DNA of 64,000 nt, taken from NCBI RefSeq assembly GCF_030028105.1, contig NC_092399.1, positions 13,330,001 to 13,394,000 of the forward strand. The letters are read 5' to 3'. Origin of the DNA: Mobula birostris. Its lineage: Eukaryota. The notes below the pieces were generated by a model. The model saw only the letters and a list, made by a program, of their open reading frames with translations. It had not been told where the DNA came from and did no database searches. A program made the position numbers and the translations under genes. Shown piece after piece: positions 49,705 to 62,744 of this stretch; within the stretch, counting starts at the first letter, position 1, and every line of letters begins with the position of its first letter.

Positions 49705-50207
49705 GTACCTCTTCCTAGAGATGCTGCCTGGCTTGCTGTGTTCACCAGCAACTTTGATGTGTGTTGCTTCAAATGTGATTGTTGTTCCACTATACGCATG
49801 TATGCATCCGAACGAAGCAGGGTTCCTCCACGGCCAGGGTGCAAAATACAGTGCATCCGGTCACAGACAGCACGCAGAACATACAGTTACGATCCAGCGC
49901 ATCCGGTCACACAAGTAATATTAGCACAAATGCCTGAGTGATATGGCCTGAAGATTGATGGTGCATGGGATGTAATCCTGGAGCCACGTGTCTGAGATCT
50001 CTAGTGTTGGAGTAATACTGGGACCTAATTCTGCTGGTCCTGGCACAAAATCTCAGGTCCTATTGATTTCAATGAGAATTCCATAGCTGTGGATTAAAAT
50101 CACACAGGAAGGTATGCTTTTTTAAAATTACTTTGTATTATTGTAATAATCTGTAATTAATTACAATTGAGTCCAAATGTTTTTTTATATATATTTAACT
50201 ATTTATA

Positions 50208-51045
50208 GTGTTATAGAAAAATTACAGCCCTAAAACAGGCCCTTGGGCCCATCTAGTCCATGCTGAACCATTTAAACTGCCTAGTCCCATCAACCTGCAC
50301 TGGGACCATGGCCCTTCAAATCCCTACCATCCATGTACCTATCCAAACTTCTCTTAAACATTGAAATCGAGCTCGCATGCACCACTTGTGCTGGCTGCTC
50401 ATACCACACTCAGTTTTCCCTCAGGTTCCTCTTAAACTTTTCACCTTTCACCCTTAACCTACAAACTCTGGTGGTAGTCTGGCCCAATCTTCATGGAAAA
50501 TACCTGCTTGTATTTACCCTATCTATACCCCTCATAATTTTGTATACCTCCATCAAATCCCACTCAATCGTCTACATTCCAAGGAATAAAATCCTTACCT
50601 ATTTAAATCCTTCCCTTATAACTCAAGTCCTCCAGACCCAGCAACATCCTTGTAAATTTTCTCTGTACTCTTTTAACTTTATTTACATCTTTCCTGTAGG
50701 TAAGTGACCAAAACTGCACACAATACTCCAAATTAGGCTGTGCCAATGTCTTACACAACGTCAACATAACATTCCATCTCCTGTACTCAGTACTTTGATT
50801 TATGAAGCTCAACGTGCAACAGCTCTCTTAACAACCCTATCTGCCTGTGACACCACTCACAATGAACTATGGACCTGTATTCCCAGACCCTTGTGTTCCA
50901 CCTCACTTCTACCATTCACTGTGTAAGACCTCCCCTGACTGGTCCTACAAAGGCACAACACCTCACACTCGTCTGCATTCAATTCCATCTGCCATTTTTC
51001 CAGCTGGTCTAGATCGCGCTGTGAGCCATGATAGTCTTCCTCGCC
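50208..51045 (-). mobile_element. CR1 3' fragment
   Basis: ORF 50603-50812 LEYCVQFWSLTYRKDVNKVKRVQRKFTRML. Confidence 0.82.
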
Positions 51046-51959
51046 TTATACTGAAAATAAACTTTATAAACTAAACGTAACATAAACATTATATATTTGA
51101 TAAAAAAAATAACTAATTTTTACTTTTAATTATTTATTTCAAATTTGATAACGTTTTTAATGTCTCTGAATGTTAGACATATTTAAAAGTCATTTACAAA
51201 TTTTGTAGCTGACAAAGGCTAGCCTCCACCTTTCCAGCTGTTTGAAGCTGTGGAGATCCTTCGGGGACAGAATATCACCACTTTGCTGCCAGAAGCCCGG
51301 CTGCCTTTTGGACTCATCAACGAAATCAGCCTTTCACATCTGGCTCTAGCAAATGGGGAGGTTCCATGATTACAGGTGGTGATTACAGCCAGGGACTACG
51401 TCCAGAATGCTTTTGTGGGCTTTATGGATGCTTATAGAATGCCACTGTTGAATATACGCTGCCACATCTTTTCTCTTTCCTGTCTGTTGTACCATATTGT
51501 TGCGCGCAACTTCATATATGTAAAAATACGAATTGGCAAGAAGTTTTAAAATTAAATCCTATCAGCACAGGTGAAAGGATAACAGCAATGTTGATGGCAC
51601 TGAAGCTCTCTAACCTTGACTTGATGGAGTGGGGGGGGGGATTATTTTTTACTGACTGATCTTCAGGGGGAGAAAGAAAACACACCTGAATATTACGGAG
51701 AAATTCAACAACAGAGCAAATGCACCCCTTTCGTGTAACCATGGAAATATCTGGAGACACGAACACCTGCCACTATACAGGCACCTAAAGTGTTAGATGG
51801 TCTGGTTCCACCGATCATGTTTGGAGTTAAGCTGCCACATTTTCTCAGAACAGGACCAAAGGGTGCTGGGAGTTTATCCGAAATTTCTGTTTCCACTTGC
51901 TGATAATTAAAGTAAGTACTAATTTCCTTCTCATATTCTGGCTATATCCTCCACACAGC

Positions 51960-53040
51960 CCTCATTGCTGGGGGTGGAAGAGCTCCATTCAATGCAGGCT
52001 GGCACTTCCATTGTATCCTAGATCATGGACTACCTGACTGGCAGACCACAGTCTGAGCAGCTTCAGAGCTGTCTGTCAGACACGGCTGTAAGCAGCACTG
52101 GGGTCCCACAGGGTATTGGCTCCCTTCCCGTTTACCCTGTGTATCTTGGACTTTAGATACAACACTGAGTCATGTCATCTACAGAAATGTTCTGATGACT
52201 CAGCAATAGTTGGGTGTGTAAAGGGGGGACGGGAGGATGAATACAAGGCCTGGTGGAGGACTTTGTCAAAGGGTGCAAGCTGAATTATCTGTAGTTCAAC
52301 ATCAGTGAGACAAAGGAGATGGTGATGGACTTTAGGAAGACTAAGCCTACATTGTTCCCTGTTACTATTGATGGTGAGGGCGTGGATGTGGTGAGGACCT
52401 ACAAATACCTGGGGGTGCACCTGGATGACAAGCTTGAGTGGAGCACCAACACAGAGACTGTGTAAAAGAAAGGCCAAGGTCACCTCAACTTCCTGAGGAG
52501 ATTGTGGTCCTTTGAAGTGTGCAGGCCTCTCCTTCACATGTTCTACCAGTCTGTTGTCACCAGTACAATCTTCTATGCGGTGGTGTGCTGGGGCTATGGC
52601 ATCAAAATGGGTGATTTCAACGGGCTCAATAAACTGATTAGAAATGCTGGCTCTGTTATAGAAGTCAAGCTGGATGCACTGGAGGCGCGGAACCTACGGA
52701 AAATCCTGGCAATTCTGGGCAACGTTTCTCACCCTCTGCATGCCACCTTGGCTGAACAGAGGAGCACTTTTAGTAATGGACTAAGACTACAGCACTGCTA
52801 TATAAAGAGTGCTATATGAGGTCATTCTTGCCCTCTGCCATTAGGCTCTGTAATGAGTCAACCTATAGCCAGGGATGTGATGATTCTCCACACCCCCCCC
52901 CCCATTAGACTGTTTGAAGTATCTTATTTTTTATTCATTCTTACTTCTTTTCTAATGTTTGTACCTTCGTGCACTTGTAATGCTACTGTGACACTGTAAC
53001 TTCCTTTGGGATCAATAGAGTATCTGTTTATCTATCTATC
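51960..53040 (+). mobile_element. Decayed Rex1/Babar-like LINE (second subfamily)
   Basis: LQKCSDDSAIVG, TKEMVMDFRK, YKYLGVHLDDKL, MFYQSVVTSTIFYAVVCWG; (TATC)n tail. Confidence 0.82.
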
Positions 53041-54322
53041 AATAAAGAAGGTGAAATTGAGGCTTGCCTTAACAGTGGCTGGTGCAATGAGGAAAGCAGT
53101 GTCCATCCAGAGAAGGAATAGATAGAACGTCAAAGGCCGAAGCTAAAGCAGGAAAATTAAATAGTTTGACAACCCATTAAAGCTGGTTGGGGTACTGAGA
53201 GGATCTACTGAATCAAGAGCACTGAGGAAGCTTTGAGAATGCGAAGTACTGATGGGACCATTGGACACAGCAGCCATTCCGTGCAAAAAAAAGAGAAAAA
53301 GATAAGGTTAAATCACGAAATAATCTGTTTTTCGCAAAGTTTCATTCATTTGAGAGAAAACAATTTTTATTCAACTATGCCAAGACATTCTTCATCCAGC
53401 TGCCTGTACTTGACATGATTTCTTGCTTCCTGAGGTATTTTCATCCTGCCCTTTGACAAAGCCAATCCCCCTAATCCCTTCATATCCTTTTTAGTCTAGG
53501 TATTCACCATTCAAAATAAGATCTTAAGACGAATCAGCCTCCGATTAGTTTTTATTTTATCTGAATGGTGGCACAGTCAGCAAATGACTCCTGTGATGGA
53601 TTCCAGATTCTGGACCACAATGGGTGGAAACAGAAAGCAATGTTAACTCTTTGAGGGCTGTTGCTTCACTAAACCCATCCTCCTATACACCCCAAATATA
53701 AAAGCTAATTTTAGATTCACGTGGATTTCTTTGTAGATGATTGCACTCCAATGCATAATAACAAGGTCATAAGAACCAGGATGGAAACCCTTCAAGACCT
53801 AGAACAGCATGCTACAAAATTGTCTTCCAGTATCCAAACTCCTCAAATTCCTGAACAAACATTCACAGATGCCTGAGGGCGTGTGGACCGCAGGATGGCC
53901 TTATACCCTTAACATGCTGAATGGTCTTTTTCCCCATGTCCTTGATTGAGGGAACCTCCAGTTGAGGACAAGATGGTTGATCACAATCAGATGAGATAGA
54001 TGCTCTCTCAACTTAGGCTTGGCTGGCTTTCAGGTTTGCAACCAATGGCTTGGGAAGGTTAGGGTCTAAGGGAAAATAGTTATAAGAATCAAAGAGGATC
54101 AAGCACCAGACTGCATGTCAGGCAACATCCTTTAAGTTACACCAAAGCAGACCTCACTAGCCCAAATTTGCAAACATGCTCTCCTTTATCTGTGGACGTT
54201 CATGCATTATGGTAAATTGGTGAAGTTACATTTCCATTGACATTCAGTTGGGGAATGTGCATAAGCATTGTGATACTCAGTAGAATTTTGAGGCCACACA
54301 TGGGTAGAGAGCAAGTACAGTC

Positions 54323-56043
54323 CATAAGACCATAAGACAAAGGAGCAGAAGTGGGCCATTCGGCCCATCGAGTCTGTTCCGCCATTTTATCATGAGCTGA
54401 TCCATTCTCCCATTTAGTCCCACTCCCCCGCCTTCTCACCATAACCTTTGATGCCCTGACTACTCATATACCTATCAATCTCTGCCTTAAATACACCCAA
54501 TGACTTGGTCTTCACTGCTGCCCGTGGCAACAAATTCCATAGATTCACCACCCTCTGACTGAAAAAATTTCTTCGCATTTCTGTTCTGAGTGAGTGCCCT
54601 TCAATCCTTAAGTCATGCCCTCTCGTACTAGACTCCCCCATCATGGGAAACAACTTTGCCACATCCACTCTTTCCATGCTTTTCAACATTCGAAATGTTT
54701 CTATGAGGTCTCCCCTCATTCTTCTAAACTCCAAGGAATGCGGTCCAAGAGCGGACAAACGTTCCTCACATGTTAACCCTCTCATTCCTGGAATCATTCT
54801 AGTGAATCTTCTCTGTACTCTCTCCAACGTCAGCACATCCTTCTTAAATAAGGAGACCAAAACTGCCCACAGTACTCCAAGTGAGGTCTCACCAGTGCCT
54901 TATAGAGCCTCAACATCACATCCCTGCTCCTATACTCTATTCCTCTAGAAATGAATGCCAACATTGCATTCACCTTCTTCACCACCAACTCAACCTGGAG
55001 GTTAACCTTAAGGGTATCCTGTACGAGGACTCCCAAGTCCCATTGCATCTCAGAACTTTGAATTCTTTCCCCATTTAAATAATAGTCTGCCTGTTTATTT
55101 CTTCTGCCAAAGTGCATAACCATACACTTTCCAACATTGTATTTCATTTGCCACTTCTTTGCCCATTCTTCCAATTTATCCAAGTATCTCTGCGCACTCT
55201 CCGTTTCCTCAGCCCTAACGGCCCCTCCACCTATCTTCGTATCGTCAGCGAACTTAGCCACAAAGCCATCTATTCCATTACCCAAATCATTGATGTACAA
55301 TGTAAAAAGAAGCGGCCCCAACCCAGACCCCTGTGGAACACCACTGGTAACCGGCAGCCAACCAGAATAGGATCCCTTTATTCCCACTTTCTGTTTCCTG
55401 CCAATCAGCCAACCCTCTATCCACGTATGTAACTTTGCCATAATTCCATGGGCTCTTATCTTGTTAAGTAGCCTCATGTGTGGCACCTTGTCAAAGGCCT
55501 TCTGAAAATCCAAATATACAACATCCACTGCATCTTCGTTGTCTAGCCTACTGGTAATTTCCTCAAAAAATTGTAATAGGTTTGTGAGGCATGATTTTCC
55601 TTTAAGGAATCCATGCTGACTTCTGCCTATCTTGTCATATGCCTCCAGGTACTCTGTAACCTCATCCTTGACAATCGACTCCAGCAACTTCCCAACCACC
55701 GACGTCAAGCTAACAGGTCTATAATTTACTTTTTGCTTCCTTGCCCCCTTCTTAAATGGCGGAGTGACATTTGCAATCTTCCAGTCCTCCGGAACCATGC
55801 CAGAATCTATCGACTTTTGAAAGATCATCGCTAATGCCTCTGCAATCTCCACAGCTACTTCCTTCAGAACATGAGGGTGTATTCCATCTGGTCCGGGAGA
55901 TTTATCTACCTTTAGACTATTCAGCTTCCTGAGTACTTTCTCTGTCGTAATTGTGACTGCGCACACTTCTCTTCCCTGCCACCCTTAAGTGTCCAGTATA
56001 CTGCTGATGTCTTCCTCAGTGAAGACTGATGCAAAATACTCGA
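54323..56043 (-). mobile_element. CR1 LINE, 5'-truncated, with a largely intact RT reading frame (54830-55966)
   Basis: KSPGPDGIHP, NYRPVSLTS, QHGF, LDFQKAFDKVPH, GVPQGSGLGP, KFADDTK; frameshift into ORF 54414-54860; CATAAGAC tail. Confidence 0.92.
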
Positions 56044-56605
56044 TCAGGGTTCTGGATGTTGGATGTGTTGGCTTTCACTAGTAAATAGCAAGCTAGTATT
56101 TATTATTCAATTGAGCGAGTTCCATTATGCTTAAGAAATAGCAGTATTCTCCTAACGCCTACATTTTTAACATCATTGTTGCTAATAAGGACCCATGTCT
56201 ATTTTTGCTAACATTTCCATCTCTACTTCTCTGTTCAAGTTTTTGCAATCTGATTTTATAAGACCATGAGACATAGGAGCAGGAATAGGCCAGTCGGCCC
56301 GTCAGGTCTACTCCCACATTTGATCATGACTGATCCATTTCCTTTTCAACCCCATTCTCCTGCCTTGGCTAATCAAGAACCTGTCAGCCTCCACCTCAAG
56401 TGCACCCAGCGACCTCATCTCCACAGCCACACGTGGCAATGCATTCTACAGATTCACCACCCTCTGGCTAAAGAAAGTCCTCCTCATATCTGTTCTAGAT
56501 GGACGTCCCTTTATCATGAGGCTGTGCCCTTTACTGGTTTTGTAGGAATTAGAACACAAAACCGTACAACACCGGAAGTAGGCCTTCAGCCCACAACGTC
56601 TGTAT

Positions 56606-56673
56606 CAGGGTTTCCCGAATTCGGGTCCAGGGACATCTTGTTTAATGTCATAAAAAAAGGCTGATAACTCCTG
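56606..56673. mobile_element. hAT MITE copy
   Basis: Degenerate copy of the 2082 family; flanks GTCTGTAT/GTCTATAC. Confidence 0.55.
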
Positions 56674-57867
56674 GTCTATACTGAACACAATGCTAAAGTA
56701 AGATTACATTCTGCATTCTGGTTTTGATTTGCCCTTTTACTACCTCAGCATACTGATGTGATGAAATGATCTGTATGGACGGCATGCAAAACAAAGTTTT
56801 TCACTGTATTTTGGCACGTGTGTGACAATATTAAACCAATAGCCAACTATATTTCTTATGCCAGCACATGATCAACACCCTTCCGTTCCTTGCATATTCA
56901 TGTGTCTCCCCAAAAGTCTCTTAAAACACTATTATTGTAGCTACATCCACCATTACACCTGGAAGCCTGTACCGCCCTTCATATAAAAACATGCCCAACC
57001 GATTTCCGTTAAACTTTTTCTCCTCACTTTCAATGCACACCCTGCCACTCCTCTCATTCTCTCATCCTATTTTCCCTCTCAGTCAGTTTCTTAATCATCC
57101 TTTGCAGAATTCTAAGATGTTACTACCATTTTTGGCTTTTGATTCAATTGGACATTGATAATTTGTGCACAATAGTAATGTGATAATTACTAAATAATCT
57201 GCTTTCATGTCATTAGGTGGGGGATAAATATTGCATCAGCACTAACTCTCTTGATCTTCCTTAAAGACACTCGTTTAAAAACCATGAAGAGCATTCTAAC
57301 TGGGTGCAGCACCATTTGGTAAGGGGGGGAGCACGAGGTGGGCAGCGGCTACACAAGATTTAAATAAACTGCAGAAAGTTGTCAACTTGGTCAGCTCCAG
57401 CCTGGGCACTGGCCTCCATAGTATCCAGGACATCTTCAAGGAGCAATGCCTCAAAAAGGTGGCATTGCTCAATAAGGACCCAGGTCATGCCTTGTTCTCA
57501 TTGTTACCATCAGAAAGGAGGTACGGAAACCTGAGGGCACATACTCAATCGTAATGCATGGAACTATTTCTTTTAGAGAAATGACTCCCCTTAGTATTAC
57601 ATATGGACTGATAACTTACCTAAGTGCATTGATCTGTTGTCTACGAATGTGCACTGATCTGCTCTCCCCCTCTCTCTTGCTGCAATGTAAATACACCAGT
57701 TAAAGCCTTCTCCCACATGTGTGCTTTTATTTAATTGATATGTAGCTGTACAGACACAATATCGACCATTCAGGAACGGTTTCTTCCCCTCTCCCATCTG
57801 TTTTCTGAATGGACATTGAACTCACTACTTTTTTTATTTCTATTTTTGCAGTACTTATTTAATTTAT

Positions 57868-58175
57868 ATATAATAGGCATCCGTTAGTCCCATGAGACCA
57901 TGGACTTGCGCCTTGGAAAGTTTCCAGGGCGCAGGCCTGGGCAAGGTTGTATGGAAGACCAGCAGTTGCCCATGCTGCAAGTCTCCCCTCTCCACGCCAC
58001 CGATGTTGTCCAAGGGAAGGGCATTAGGACCCATACAGCTTGGCACCAGTGTCGTCGCAGAGCAATGTGTGATTAAGTGCCTTGCTTAAGGACACACACG
58101 CTGCCTCAGCCAAGGCTCAAACTAGCGACCTTCAAATCACTAGACGAACACCTTAACCACTTGGCCACATGCCAA
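57868..58175 (-). mobile_element. CORE-type SINE inserted in a LINE 3' UTR
   Basis: Closely similar to 27920-28235. Confidence 0.8.
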
Positions 58176-58192
58176 TTCTTTATAAATATATA

Positions 58193-58225
<33 letters not shown>

Positions 58226-59324
58226 TTACTGTAATTCATATTTTTTCTATTACAAAAGCAACAAATTTCATGACATATGCTGTTGATATTAAACCTGATT
58301 CGAAGTAACATACTGCCATGTAGATCCTTTGAATCTCCCCAAGAAGTCAAACGGAACCTCAATTTAATATCTCATTTGAGAAATGGAACTCCTGGTTGAG
58401 TAACTCTCCCTGAAATGTCAGTCTAGAAGATCTTTTCTGCAGTGGATGGAGTGAGATTTGAACCTCAGCAGCTAGGATGCTGGCAACCAAATTACATTTG
58501 ATATCGTACCAGGCACAAGTATGGAGTGGAAGGGATTCCTCCCATGTCCTATCTTTATGGAAGCTATAATTTCTTTCTAAAATAATAGGCCTGCTATAAC
58601 TCGATTACTGAGATGCTGCTGACCTAAAACTCATGGGTGCCTGATACCACAAGATTGGGAACTCGGGCCTGCAGCTGATGAGGCTATTAATTAGCAGCAG
58701 TGAGCAGGCTAATTATTAATTATTAGTCTCCTTACTGCTGAAAATATGCAACAGTGGCACCCTGCACCCTCAACGAAAGGGCACAAGACCACAAACACTT
58801 TTGATCCTTCCAGGCATAAAATGGGCTGAAGTCTGAAAGATTTCTCTCCGTTCAGATTATTTTCACCCTTTAACAAAACGCACAATAGCCATTTGCAGAT
58901 AGATCTACTGGGGTTGACAGGTTAACTAATGAAATATGCAAGCGGCTTGGAAATGGTCCACAGCCAGCATTTTCTACAAGGTTGAAGTCAACTCAGAAGG
59001 AGCCCCAGAGCTTCAACTGGAATTTGGGATGGAACTTTACCTCAGCTCTTCCAGCAGTTCACCTAGGCATTTCAGTCTTCTTTCATGGATAATCAGAGAC
59101 AAACTTGAAGTGAAGTCACTGTTAGAAATTAGTAGACAACACAACAGTCAATTTGTGCAGATTGGGTCTATGCATATATAGTAATGTGATAATCACGATA
59201 GAATCTTTCATGTTGGTAACTCCTTCATTGGCTGGCTAATACCGAACAGCTTCCTTTTTTGGTTCAGTGATACATTTGGCAAATTGAGTAAACTATATGT
59301 TGTGGTTTGAGACCTCCAAACTGT

Positions 59325-59590
59325 AAGGTTGAGGGTTCAGAGAGTTGAACACCAACATAACGTAGATCATTAGTTCAGTAAGGTACTGAGAGAGTGCTGC
59401 ACTATTAAAGCTACAGTACTTTGGATGAGACGCTGAACTGAGGAATATTCTTCCCTGGGATTAAGCAACACTCTGTGTGGCACAGAGCCGTGGTTCTTCT
59501 GGTGACCTGAGCTACGTGCAACACTCAGTTGACATCACCAAACGCAAGTCATTTGCTCATATGTGATGTTGCACTTTGGGGGATTTTGTC
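59325..59590 (+). mobile_element. Old Deu-core SINE
   Basis: GTACTGAGAGAGTGCTGCACT...GGATGAGACGCTGAACTGAGG matches the Deu core as recalled. Confidence 0.6.
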
Positions 59591-59713
59591 ATGAAGACTA
59601 ATTGGTAATATTGAAGGCACAGTGTAAATGGTAGATTATATTTTTACCAACCATGGGCTCAGTCTTTTCATTTATTGGTTGTGATATTTTCCAACTCTCA
59701 GAATAAAATATCT

Positions 59714-60330
59714 GGAGGGAGTTAGATATGGCCCTTGTGGCTAAAGGGATCAGGGGGTATGGAGGGAAGGCTGGTGCAGGGTTCTGAGTTGGATGATCAG
59801 CCATGATCATACTGAATGGTGGTGCAGGCTCGAAGGGCTGAATGGCCTACTTCTGCACCTATTTTCTATGTTTTCTATGTTTCTATCATAGAATCATAGA
59901 AAAGTACAGCACAAAAATAAGCCCCTTCAGCCAATCTGGTCCATGCCAAACCATTTAAACTGCCTAATCCTGTCGACCCGCACCCAGACCATTGCCATCC
60001 ATACCCCTACTATATACATCCCAACCAAAACTTCTCTTAAACACTGAAATCAAGCTTGCATGCACCACTTACACTGGTAGCTCATTCCACGCGCTCATGA
60101 TCCCCTTAAACTTTTCACCTTTCACCCTTAACCTATGACCGCTAGTTGTAGTCCCATCCAACTTCAGTGGAAAAAACCTACTTGCATTTACCCTCTCTAT
60201 ACTCCTCACAATTTTGTATGCCTCCATCAAATCTCCTCTCAATCTTCTACATTCCGAGGGATAAAGTTCTAAACTACTCAATCTTTCCTTATAACTCAGG
60301 TCCTCCAGACCTGACAACATCCTTATAACA
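59714..60330. mobile_element. Two CR1 3' fragments tail to tail (59714-59885 +, 59886-60330 -)
   Basis: (TTCTATGT)n tail abuts a (CATAGAAT)n tail; ORF 60069-60320 RRLRGDLMEAYKI. Confidence 0.8.
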
Positions 60331-60640
60331 TCATTTTGAATTCCTGGGATGCATCTCTAAAGTGGTCATGTATTTCACCTGGATGAGGGTAATTGTGGTT
60401 TTGGTTTACTCAATTTGCCCAAAGTATCTCTGAACCACAGAATGACACAGCACAGAAGGAAACTCTTCAGCATTAGCCAGTTCCTGAAAGAGTTCTTCAA
60501 CCATTCCAATTAATCCACTCATCACTGAGAACTCTTTAAATACTTATCCAATCGTCTTTGGAAGATTATTCCTGGATCTGCTTCTTCTGTGTTTTCTGAC
60601 TGGCATTACATGACTGATCAAAGAACATGGTGTCAATTTT

Positions 60641-60872
60641 CACACACAAAGTGCTGGTGGAACACAGCAGGCCAGGCATCATCTATAGGAAGAAGTACAG
60701 TTGACGTTTCAGGTCGCGACCCTTCGTCAGGACTAATGGAAAAAAGAGATAGTAAGAGATCTGAAAGTGGGAGGGGGAGGGGGAGACCCGAAATGATAGG
60801 AGAAGACAGGTGGGGGAGGGATGAAGCCAAGATCTGGGAAGTTGATTGGCAAAAGGGATACAAGGCTGGAGA
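60641..60872 (-). mobile_element. Penelope pLTR fragment with hammerhead (60699-60734)
   Basis: Minus strand AGTC-CTGACGA-AGGGTCGCGACCT-GAAA-C-GTC-AACT. Confidence 0.82.
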
Positions 60873-62029
60873 CCCTTAAATCTGGGGTCATTGTTCACTG
60901 ATCTTTTTTAAATTAAATAATCCTCATTTCTTCCGTGAAAATGTTTCATGATTTTGAACGTGAAAATTTCCTTTGTAATAATTCCACTCCAATGAGATCG
61001 ATCTAAGTAGATAATCAGGAGCCCTCATCCCTGAGTCCATTCCAGTAAATTTCTCTGTACCCTCTCCAAATCCTTGGATACAACACCCGGCATGGGCCGT
61101 ATAAACTTTGGGCATATTTCTTAAAATTTATACACTAAAGTTACGTCCAATTTTAACAGCGGTTACGCCTACTGAAAGTACAACCCAGGTCTTTCTGTTT
61201 TTGTGTTCCTTTCATAATTACACTATTTGGTTCATAATGACTCTCCTTATTTTTTGTAACAAGATCCATCATTTCAAACTTCTCTGCGTTAAATTTATTC
61301 TGCCCCACAAAGTTCGACTGTTTCTCAGTTCTCTGCTTAAGTATGTTACAATTCCCACTTTGCCGATCTTTGTGTCACAGGCAAAACTTCCGAAATGGAT
61401 GCCTGCCTCTCCACGTGTATCAAAAAGAGCAGCGGCCAGCGCACAATCGCCGCGCTGCAGAAACCTTAAGAGTTAGTTATCTGCTGGAGATTTGCAGATG
61501 AACACCATGGGGGGAGTTAAGGTGCTAACGCAGACCTCTGTGTGAATAGATGACCCTGCAGGCGCTCACCATGTGTAGGCACGTCTCCAAAGTACTGAAA
61601 GCTTTGCGTTCTCCACAACTGATCGCATTTGTCAAAAGTGCTCAAACGTGCAGGCTTGTGTGTGCATTTGCAGCTAATGGGGGCAAATGTTGCCCTGGAG
61701 CTTCGAGCAGCATTTGTTTCTGCTGTTATTTAGGAAACCGTTTTGGGGGGTGTTTCCTGAGGCAGTAGCGCCACTAGGTGGTGTCGGAGATACAGCCTTA
61801 GGGTTTGCAACGGCAGGCCCCGGCCATGGTTCTCAGCTCGCACCTGCCGTCCTCGGGTTGGATAAACATTCAGGCTCCAGGCTTCTTTTATTTTGCACGA
61901 TCGTCCAGTCCCCACAGGAGCTCAGCAACCTTCCTCAAGGGTTAAATAACTCCGTACTTTGTAACTCTGTGAAAGGTAAGATAGTGCCTCTTAAAAAAAA
62001 ATCACCAGAAAACTCTGGATTGTAAAAGT

Positions 62030-62031
<2 letters not shown>

Positions 62032-62073
<42 letters not shown>
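62032..62073. repeat. (CA)n microsatellite
   Basis: About 20 CA units, read directly. Confidence 0.95.
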
Positions 62074-62074
<1 letters not shown>

Positions 62075-62509
62075 ATCCTCATTATTCAGCTTACCCGACT
62101 CCCGTGGCTCGGTTGGATGAAGGTGACTAAGAAAAGGCCCTTAAGTGGAGCTTGATCAGCAGATATTGCCGCTGCCTATTATTGATCTCCAGATTGTGCC
62201 CTCTAGTCCTGGACTCCCTCACTATAGAAAACATCCTCCCCACTCTAGGCCTTTCACTCCGCGCCTTCCAGAACTCACCAGCCTGCCAGGAGAAGGAAGG
62301 CTGGGGGAGAGGAAATGAGGGTAAAAATTCAAAACTTCTCTACAAAGTTAGGGGCTCAGTAACACAACAAATGAATGGCTGCAGTGCGCTTCATTTTCAA
62401 AATGCCGAGGATAAATGTGGAGGGGGTCAGCTAGTGCCCACTACAAGTATGCATAGATTGCGATGTCAACTCATACAGTATCCAGCTGCTACTTTAGAAT
62501 TTAACACTC

Positions 62510-62744
62510 TGAGGCACCATCAATAACTCCAAAAGACTGGAAGTAGAGTAAACACTGAAAGGCTTTTATTAGCAGTAAAATGTGACCTCCACCATGCTGA
62601 GTATCTGCCTCTGGACTGAGGAGGAGGAGCAATGGCACAATTGCCTTTATTCAGGGGTCTGTGGGAGGAGCCACAGGGGCAGTCAGCAGAGGGGCGTGTC
62701 CAGACAGGTAACCCGGTTACAATATATATATATAGTTTACCACA
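62510..62744 (-). mobile_element. Short solo LTR with perfect 5-bp TSD
   Basis: TSD CACTC (62505-62509 / 62745-62749); TG...CA termini; same family as 24266-24504. Confidence 0.82.

Larger units (their letters stand above)
49288..49767. mobile_element. Composite Penelope-derived insertion: inverted pLTRs around captured local DNA
   Basis: TSD TTCAAATGT(A/G)ATT (49275-49287 / 49768-49780); hammerheads at 49395-49430 (-) and 49669-49704 (+); the centre is the reverse complement of 50159-50341. Confidence 0.8.

Noticed and set aside
51238-51369. Short open frame LFEAVEILRGQNITTLLPEARL... after TTTCCAG
   Set aside because: No recognised homology, weak donor and no partner exons.
5523-60872. Recurring ~36-bp motif considered as a CRISPR-like repeat
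   Set aside because: Copies are dispersed in both orientations within a longer retroelement terminus; no spacer array or cas genes; eukaryotic DNA.
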